DNA from: Candidatus Saccharimonadota bacterium
GTDB taxonomy: Bacteria; Patescibacteriota; Gracilibacteria; UBA4473
Assembly (NCBI GenBank): GCA_030429505.1
Contig: JAUIFI010000001.1
Location: forward strand, 60,001-92,000
DNA: 32,000 nt
Direction of reading: 5' to 3'
Part shown: positions 25,944 through 32,000 of the stretch, piece after piece
Numbering within the stretch: the stretch's first letter is position 1
Layout of the letters: the number at the start of each line of letters is the position of its first letter
The notes under the pieces: generated by a model
The model's input: only the letters and a program-made list of their open reading frames with translations
Told to the model about the DNA's origin: nothing
Database searches by the model: none
Position numbers and translations under genes: made by a program

Positions 25944-25972
25944 TTAATAATTTTTTAATAATGAAAAGTCAA
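25944..25972 (-). promoter_or_regulatory. sigma70-like promoter for the VIT1 leader
   Basis: On the - strand: TTGACT (25972-25967), 17-nt spacer, TATTAA (25949-25944). Confidence 0.55.
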
Positions 25973-26001
25973 ATATATTTGAAAACCACCGCGAAAATCG
26001 T

Positions 26002-27261
26002 ATGTTTGAAATACTCCGTATGAATACTGTTTTTGAAAATATCCAGACAAGAACTATCCAAGGGTGTCTTATACTCCTTGGAGCTTTACTCCCATGGCAT
26101 GGGACACTAACAGTATTTCTCCCAGACTTTTTTCGATTTTGGAAAGAAATTATTCTGATAATACTCTTCTTTCTTTTTATAATAAAAGAAGGAAGAGATT
26201 GGAAAAACAAGCAGTTACAAAAATTAACAACGCCCCAAATGTGGGCATTAGGGTTTCTCCTCTGGACAGCTATATTAGTCGTAATAAATTCTGATATCTC
26301 TACAGCTCTGGTGGCTGCTCGCTACCTGACTACAGGATTTATTACCTTCTTTTTACTCTCAAGGCTACTTCAAAAAGAAAAATTTCCTAAAAAACAATCA
26401 TGGCAATTTTTTGCGCTCAATTTCATTGTATCAGTGGTTTTATCTATTCTCTTTGGCACATGGGCTAAATATGGAGGCGGCTTTGAGGTACTACAAAATT
26501 TTTATTCTCAGACGATTTCTTCTTGGGTGCCCGGACAAACTGTTCCGCTTTATCATGAAGCAGGATCTTTTATTCGGATGCAAGGAGGTTCTTCTGGACC
26601 CATAGAATTTGCTCATCTCCTTTTTGCAGCGCTCTGTTTTTTGCCATTTGTAAAACTCAAAAATCAATACAAATATATTCTCGCACTCATTCTTTTTTTG
26701 GGTATCTGGCAAAGCTTTTCTCGTGCCGTGCTTGCCATAAGTATTCTCACAACACTAATTTTTTCTCTTCAAAAACACACTTCAAAACTTAAAAAAGGTA
26801 TCCCCATCGGCATTATTGTGATTGTAGGAATAGGAGGGGTATTTTCCGTCAATAATAATTTGTATACAAATTTTATCCAAAGAGCGGGTACATCAGAGCA
26901 TTTTACTCGTCCTATAGAAGCATTTAAACTTGGTTTGCAAAGCCCAATTATTGGAAAGTTAGGAAATGTAGGACCTGCGGCTCGAGCCAAAAATCTACGA
27001 GAAAATAATAATGATCAAGCTTTTATCGCCGAAAATGTCTTTGCCGATTACTGGGTTCAACTAGGTCTTATGGGATTAATTATTACTATTGGTTTCTTTC
27101 TATCTCTCTTACAAAATGTATCCAAAAACGGAAAAATCTACATTGTCGCGATTATCATTCTCGCGAATGCCGCGACTCTTTTTGACATGACCCCATTATC
27201 TCTGATATTTTTCGCCAGCTTTGCTTGGCACAGCGCAATCAAGCGAACCTTTCAAACATGA
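26002..27261 (+). CDS. O-antigen ligase/polymerase-like (Wzy_C-type) polytopic membrane protein
   Basis: 419 aa with ~10 TM helices. 'LGIWQSFSRAVLAISILTTLIF' resembles the Wzy_C core. The stop overlaps the mraY ATG (ATGA at 27258-27261). Confidence 0.6.
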   Translation: MFEILRMNTVFENIQTRTIQGCLILLGALLPWHGTLTVFLPDFFRFWKEIILIILFFLFIIKEGRDWKNKQLQKLTTPQMWALGFLLWTAILVVINSDISTALVAARYLTTGFITFFLLSRLLQKEKFPKKQSWQFFALNFIVSVVLSILFGTWAKYGGGFEVLQNFYSQTISSWVPGQTVPLYHEAGSFIRMQGGSSGPIEFAHLLFAALCFLPFVKLKNQYKYILALILFLGIWQSFSRAVLAISILTTLIFSLQKHTSKLKKGIPIGIIVIVGIGGVFSVNNNLYTNFIQRAGTSEHFTRPIEAFKLGLQSPIIGKLGNVGPAARAKNLRENNNDQAFIAENVFADYWVQLGLMGLIITIGFFLSLLQNVSKNGKIYIVAIIILANAATLFDMTPLSLIFFASFAWHSAIKRTFQT

Positions 27262-28331
27262 ATTCTCTGGCTTTTCACATCAATAACCTCCTCACTATAT
27301 TCTTTTTTATGAGTGGAGCTTTTTTTATTGCCTTTCTACTTTTTCCGGATTTCATAAAATTTGTTACTGATTACAAGTTAACTCAAAAAATCAGAGAAGA
27401 AGGTCTGAGTGGAGGAGTGGCAAAACTCTTTAATAAACTCCATGCCCATAAAGCAGGAACTCCCACCATGGGAGGAGCGGTCATTATAGTGGCAATCCTG
27501 TTAACAGTTCTGGTTTCTCGTGTTTTATCCTATTTAGGAATCATTGAGCATTCTCTGCTTAATCGAGGGGAAACCTATCTCCCTATTATTACTTTGGCAT
27601 CTGTGGGCGTCTTAGGACTCATTGATGATTATCTCAATATACGAGAAAGCTCGAAACAGAAAGGATTGTCTGCTCGTGTGAAGCTCTGGAGTTTAATAGT
27701 CTTTGCTGTCCTAGGTGCCATGTGGTTTTCTTTCAAACTTCATTGGTCAATAATTCATATTCCCGGTATTGGTGACTTCGATATTGGATTATGGTACTTT
27801 CCTTTATTTATCTTTATCTTGGTTGGCACAGCCAATTCAGTAAACTTTACCGATGGGCTTGATGGACTTGCTGGAGGACTATTGGCTATCGGTTATGGGG
27901 TTTTTACCGTAATTTCCTATTTTTATGGACTCCCAATGTTAGCCACATTTTGTGCTGTAGTCACAGCCTCTTTGATTGCTTTTTTGTGGTTTAATGTCCC
28001 TCCGGCTAGAATTTATATGGGAGACACCGGATCACTAGCTTTGGGGGCAACTCTGGGAGTTATTGCCATGCTTACCAATGCGGTCATCATCTTAGCCATT
28101 GTCGGTTTTATCTTTATCCTCGAAACTTTATCTATCATTCTGCAGCTTTTTTGGAAAAAACATTTTAAGAAAAAACTTTTTCTTATTGCACCACTTCACC
28201 ACCATTTCGAAGCCAAGGGATGGTCAGAGACTCAGATCGTCATGCGATTTTGGATCATGGGCGCCTGTGCAGGGGTAATTGGCTTGATCGTTGGTTTACT
28301 TGGCATGGGACAGGGAGTAGGAATTCTGTAA
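27258..28331 (+). CDS. mraY: phospho-N-acetylmuramoyl-pentapeptide transferase
   Basis: 357 aa from ATG 27258. 'HKAGTPTMGG', 'GLIDDYL', 'NSVNFTDGLDGLAGG', 'MGDTGSLALG', 'APLHHHFE'. Confidence 0.93.
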   Translation: MNSLAFHINNLLTIFFFMSGAFFIAFLLFPDFIKFVTDYKLTQKIREEGLSGGVAKLFNKLHAHKAGTPTMGGAVIIVAILLTVLVSRVLSYLGIIEHSLLNRGETYLPIITLASVGVLGLIDDYLNIRESSKQKGLSARVKLWSLIVFAVLGAMWFSFKLHWSIIHIPGIGDFDIGLWYFPLFIFILVGTANSVNFTDGLDGLAGGLLAIGYGVFTVISYFYGLPMLATFCAVVTASLIAFLWFNVPPARIYMGDTGSLALGATLGVIAMLTNAVIILAIVGFIFILETLSIILQLFWKKHFKKKLFLIAPLHHHFEAKGWSETQIVMRFWIMGACAGVIGLIVGLLGMGQGVGIL

Positions 28332-28492
28332 TTACCAAATATTATTAAAAAATTGACAAAAATAAGAATAAATGAAATACATAGGAAGTTCTTTGAGAAG
28401 TTCAAAAATATTTTATTAGTCGGATTAATGCTGTCTTTTTCAAAGAAAGGTAGTATTAATCCGACATAGTGAAATCAAATATAGGAAAAGTA

Positions 28493-28795
28493 ATGAAATC
28501 CATTAAGCGACACTACGAAAATTTTTTGTTTTTGTGTTTTATGGAAAAAAAACACATAACCTTAACCGTAATACTGACCACATGGATTCTATTATTATGT
28601 GCGATCATTACCCAAATAATAACAAAAGATAGTGTATTTATGGGCATAACATTGATGTTATGTGCAGTCTTAGCATTTTTGATGTTCGTCATCCAAATCG
28701 CATACAGTTATTCCAATAAAACATTCGGAAATATCCTGTTTGCTGTAGCAATATTACTTTCGGTAGTTACTATATATCTTGCATCCGTGTCGTAA
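28493..28795 (+). CDS. hypothetical small membrane protein
   Basis: 100 aa from ATG 28493 (the tracked ORF starts at GTG 28469). Three hydrophobic helices. A strong terminator follows. Confidence 0.5.
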   Translation: MKSIKRHYENFLFLCFMEKKHITLTVILTTWILLLCAIITQIITKDSVFMGITLMLCAVLAFLMFVIQIAYSYSNKTFGNILFAVAILLSVVTIYLASVS

Positions 28796-28807
28796 GCCTC
28801 AAAGATG

Positions 28808-28841
28808 TTTGCGCAGTTCATTGGAACTGCGCAAATTTTTT
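28808..28841 (+). terminator. intrinsic terminator
   Basis: TTTGCGCAGTTC (28808-28819), loop ATTG, GAACTGCGCAAA (28824-28835), then a T6 run (28836-28841). Confidence 0.85.
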
Positions 28842-28916
28842 CTAGTACTCTCATCTTGACGAAAAAAAGCAGACCAGTAGTCTCAAAAAGAACATTGTCC
28901 TTAAAAACAAACATCC

Positions 28917-29903
28917 ATGAAATCTATTCAAAATAACTGGCAACGCATTTCTCATTTCATTTCCCGACATTTTATGCTCATCATCCTCATTATCCTTGCT
29001 GGATGGTTTTTGTGGGATGATGAAGATCAAATGACGAGGTTTCAAAGCAATAGGGGCGGAAACATTGATATGGAATATGCCATGGATATGGCTGATGAGG
29101 CAGAAGAGTCAAGAGTTTCTTCTAAAATGATGGCGCTCAATAGCGTGCGAGAAGCAAGCTTTGGTAGTAGTACTAGTGGTGATGATGGAATGATTATAGA
29201 ACCACCACTCCCGGATAGTAATGGATTTGCCCCCGATCAAGACCGAAAAATTATTAAGAATGGAAATATTACCGTCCAAGTCGAAGACACAGATGCATCC
29301 CGTACTATGGTCGAAAAGAAAATGGAAGATTTTGGTGGAGCTGTTACCAATATGCATTCTTGGGAAATGAGACCAGGAATCTTGGCTTACAATCTTACTA
29401 CCCGCGTCCCTTCAGAAAGGTTGGAAGAAGTTATGATGTGGGTGGCAAGCTTAGGGACAAAAACTAATGAAAACTTTTCCAGCCAAGACATTACCGCAAA
29501 TTATCAAGATACTGAAAGCAGACTTGCAAACCTCCGAGTGCGACGTGATCGGCTCAGAGAGATGATGGAAAGACAGACAGACAAACTCGCCGATGTCCTC
29601 CAAATAGATAGAGAGCTCAGCCAAGTCCAACTCCAGATTGAAAATTTTGAAAGACTTCAACTTCGTAGGAATACAGATATCGACTTCTCAATCCTTCATA
29701 TTACCATCAATCCAGAACCCCAAATCGGAGATTTCCAAAATCCGGAATGGAGTGTGGGGCGATCTTGGAAGCACTCAGTCAACGATCTTTTCCACAGTTT
29801 TCAAAATATCATCGATAAAGCTTTAGTCATCATCGTATATATACCAATATGGCTTCCAATTGTTTTGATTCTTTGGTGGGCGAGACGAAAATTCGTAGAC
29901 TAA
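28917..29903 (+). CDS. DUF4349-like membrane-anchored protein
   Basis: 328 aa. N-terminal TM helix; 'IIKNGNITVQVEDTDASRTMVEKKMEDFGGAVTN'; coiled-coil 'ESRLANLRVRRDRLREMMERQTD...ELSQVQLQIENFE'; C-terminal TM helix. This architecture is typical of DUF4349. Confidence 0.6.
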   Translation: MKSIQNNWQRISHFISRHFMLIILIILAGWFLWDDEDQMTRFQSNRGGNIDMEYAMDMADEAEESRVSSKMMALNSVREASFGSSTSGDDGMIIEPPLPDSNGFAPDQDRKIIKNGNITVQVEDTDASRTMVEKKMEDFGGAVTNMHSWEMRPGILAYNLTTRVPSERLEEVMMWVASLGTKTNENFSSQDITANYQDTESRLANLRVRRDRLREMMERQTDKLADVLQIDRELSQVQLQIENFERLQLRRNTDIDFSILHITINPEPQIGDFQNPEWSVGRSWKHSVNDLFHSFQNIIDKALVIIVYIPIWLPIVLILWWARRKFVD

Positions 29904-29949
29904 AGTATCACTCCGAAAACACTAGAGAGTTGAACGAAACAAAAATGGC

Positions 29950-30717
29950 ATGATTCCTCATCAAATCCAAACATGGCTGGATAATAAAGTATTCCCTCAG
30001 AGAATCCTTATTTCTGGAGGAAAAGAGGCTGTTGACATTGCTTTACAAATCGCCGGAAAACTGCAAAACGTTTCTCCCGAAAAAATCCAAAAAGGTATTC
30101 ACACAGACACACTCTTTTTTCCAGACAACGGAAAAAGTTTTAAAATTGATTGGTCAGATACAGCTAAAAAAGAAGAACAAGGAGAGTACGAAAACGTTCG
30201 TGGGATGATCCGATGGGCACATCAAAAACCATGCGAAGGAGAGTGGCGTATTGTGATTCTCGAAGGACTTGAACGCCTCTCGCGAGAGGCTCCTCACGCA
30301 TGCTTGAAATTAATCGAAGAACCACCGTTAAAAACTATTTTTCTTTTTACCACCAGAAACCATCATCATCACCGTCTCCTCGACACCATTATATCCCGTC
30401 TTACGCTGGTTCGACTTCCCAAGCAAAATTCACAAGAAGAAATTTCCTCCGATATACAAACTTTTTTTGCCAGCTCGAATCTCATTGAAAAATTTAAAAC
30501 CATCGAATCATTAGATAAAGCTTCAAAAGATAATAAAGACAAAAAAATAAACCGTCAGGTCTTCTTTGATTTTCTCAATGAAAGCATGAACTACGCTCGA
30601 ATCACTCCACGCTACCATAACCACCTAGAACAGATTCTTGAAACTCATGAAGCTATGAGCCAAAATATCAATCCAAGATTTGCCTTGGAGCGACTCGCAC
30701 TAAAAGTAGCCCAATAA
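29950..30717 (+). CDS. holB: DNA polymerase III delta-prime-like clamp-loader subunit
   Basis: 255 aa. 'LKLIEEPPLKTIFLFTT' and 'LLDTIISRLTLVRL' (SRC-type motif). The Walker A is degenerate, as expected for delta-prime. Confidence 0.7.
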   Translation: MIPHQIQTWLDNKVFPQRILISGGKEAVDIALQIAGKLQNVSPEKIQKGIHTDTLFFPDNGKSFKIDWSDTAKKEEQGEYENVRGMIRWAHQKPCEGEWRIVILEGLERLSREAPHACLKLIEEPPLKTIFLFTTRNHHHHRLLDTIISRLTLVRLPKQNSQEEISSDIQTFFASSNLIEKFKTIESLDKASKDNKDKKINRQVFFDFLNESMNYARITPRYHNHLEQILETHEAMSQNINPRFALERLALKVAQ

Positions 30718-30779
30718 AAGAGAATCAAAACTTTATTTTACACACCAAGGCAAAAAGAGTATTTTCCTCCTGAAAAATC

Positions 30780-31628
30780 ATGAAAATTTATAACGATGTG
30801 CTTCGTCGTATTATGGAAAAAGGAGATGATCGTAAAGCTCGAAATGGGCAAATTCGCTCACTTTTTACGATACAAATGCGATTTGATATGGAAAAAGGTT
30901 TTCCAGCTGTCACTACAAAAAAACTCGCCTTTCGTACCATGGCTGCTGAACTTTTTTGGTTTATGTCTGGATATTCTGACAATAAAGAATTGCAACGACT
31001 AGGTTGTCATATATGGGATGGGAATGCTGAAGCTGATTACTGGAAATCCAAAGCGAAGTTTGACGGTGATTTGGGACGTATTTACGGTGTCCAATGGCGA
31101 GATTGGCACGGTCCCAACGGAAAAATAGTCGACCAACTTGCTCAGGTCATAGAAACTATTCAAAAAGATCCTGAGAATCGACGTATGGTTGTATCTGCTT
31201 GGAATCCAGGAGAATTCGACCAAATGGCATTGCCTCCTTGTCATGTACTTTTCCAGTTTTTTGTGCACCAGGGAAAATTATCATTGCATATGTTTCAACG
31301 AAGTTGTGATATGTTTTTAGGGGTGCCTTTCAATATAGCTTCCTACGCTTTACTCCTCTCTATCGTGGCACAAATCACGGGACTCAAGCCCGGCGAGACC
31401 ATTCTTACGTTAGGGGATGCTCATATATATTACGAGCATTTTGATGCTGTGAAGGAACAGTTAAATCGAGAACCTTACCCCCTTCCCAAACTTTGGCTCA
31501 ATCCTGACATCACATCGCTAGAAGACATAGATACCAAAAAACTCAAAGAACCAAATGATATTTATAAACTTGCGAAACTCGTAGACTACCAGTATCACCC
31601 AAGCATCAAAGCAAAAATGCTCGTCTAA
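30780..31628 (+). CDS. thyA: thymidylate synthase (ThyA type)
   Basis: 282 aa. 'RNGQIRSLF', 'ELFWFMSG', 'IWDGNA', 'LGRIYGVQWR', 'ALPPCHVLFQF' (catalytic Cys), 'QRSCDMFLGVPFNIASYALL'. Confidence 0.96.
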   Translation: MKIYNDVLRRIMEKGDDRKARNGQIRSLFTIQMRFDMEKGFPAVTTKKLAFRTMAAELFWFMSGYSDNKELQRLGCHIWDGNAEADYWKSKAKFDGDLGRIYGVQWRDWHGPNGKIVDQLAQVIETIQKDPENRRMVVSAWNPGEFDQMALPPCHVLFQFFVHQGKLSLHMFQRSCDMFLGVPFNIASYALLLSIVAQITGLKPGETILTLGDAHIYYEHFDAVKEQLNREPYPLPKLWLNPDITSLEDIDTKKLKEPNDIYKLAKLVDYQYHPSIKAKMLV

Positions 31629-31669
31629 AACATTGAAATTTTTTTTCACTTCCGCTACGTTCCCCCTAC

Positions 31670-32000
31670 ATGGCCTTATCAGACAAAATCATTCTTGAAG
31701 AAAAAGAAAAAGGAAATATTATCATTCATCCCTTCAAGAGGCAGAACCTCGCTACTTCAAGCTATGATGTGAGCTTGGGGGAGTTTTATTTTCGAGAACA
31801 AGAACCAAAATACTATCACAACATTTATAATATCTACAACAAAAGCCACACAGATCACGTTTGGGGTACTGATTACTCTCAGGCAGAACCAGCCAGTGAA
31901 GTTTTTCAAAAATACAAATTCAGCTATAAAGGTATCAGTGAAGATGATAAAGTGATCCTTCTTCGACCAGGAGAAACTATTCTCGCCCATACTCAAGAAT
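31670..32000 (+). CDS. dcd: dCTP deaminase (5' portion; runs off the window end)
   Basis: My translation from ATG 31670 is MALSDKIILEEKEKGNIIIHPFKRQNLATSSYDVSLGEFYF...VILLRPGETILAHTQE. 'I.I.PF', 'SYDVSLG' and 'L.PGE..LA.T.E' match the Dcd/dUTPase-superfamily pattern. The frame is still open at position 32000. Confidence 0.7.
   Translation, partial: MALSDKIILEEKEKGNIIIHPFKRQNLATSSYDVSLGEFYFREQEPKYYHNIYNIYNKSHTDHVWGTDYSQAEPASEVFQKYKFSYKGISEDDKVILLRPGETILAHTQE

Noticed and set aside
1-32000. Alternative genetic code (UGA recoding, as in Gracilibacteria/SR1), considered because the gene content looks CPR-like
   Set aside because: Long housekeeping ORFs (pheT, recG, ATPase, mraY, thyA, recA) are full length under the standard code. 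UGA sits at sensible gene ends, for example the ATGA overlaps. The tRNA-binding ORF and pheT are in different frames, so read-through would not fuse them.
1-32000. Search for CRISPR arrays, transposases, integrases, prophage genes and rRNA
   Set aside because: No regularly spaced direct repeats, no recombinase or transposase motifs, and no rRNA-like sequence were seen. tRNA genes flank ordinary housekeeping genes, without att-like duplications that I could detect.

Overview
AT-rich, gene-dense bacterial chromosome segment read in the standard code: long housekeeping ORFs are intact, so there is no sign of UGA recoding. I call about 33 CDS and 2 tRNAs. Most are core functions: pheT, obg, recA, Mn-type SOD, recG, mraY, holB, thyA, dcd (3' partial), a P2-type cation ATPase, an M16 peptidase, a PfkB kinase and a Nudix hydrolase. 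The rest are small membrane or secreted proteins: a VirB2/TrbC-like 'pilin', DUF4349, PrsW, a bPH_2 protein and an O-antigen-ligase-like protein. This mix and the compact operons with ATGA overlaps suggest a small-genome, CPR/Patescibacteria-like organism; that is inference only. I see no transposase, integrase, CRISPR array, rRNA or recognisable defence island. The unexplained signal is mostly non-coding or small. (1) A promoter, a ~110-nt nested-helix RNA and an intrinsic terminator precede a DHFR-family gene. (2) A promoter and leader with an intrinsic terminator precede a VIT1/CCC1 metal-transporter gene. (3) Three small ORFs, each with an AGGAG site, are chained by ATGA overlaps. (4) A stand-alone Cys-rich tRNA-binding OB protein is coupled to pheT where pheS would be expected. 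(5) There are several further structured intergenic regions and orphan proteins. All functional assignments come from reading motifs by eye; no searches were run.
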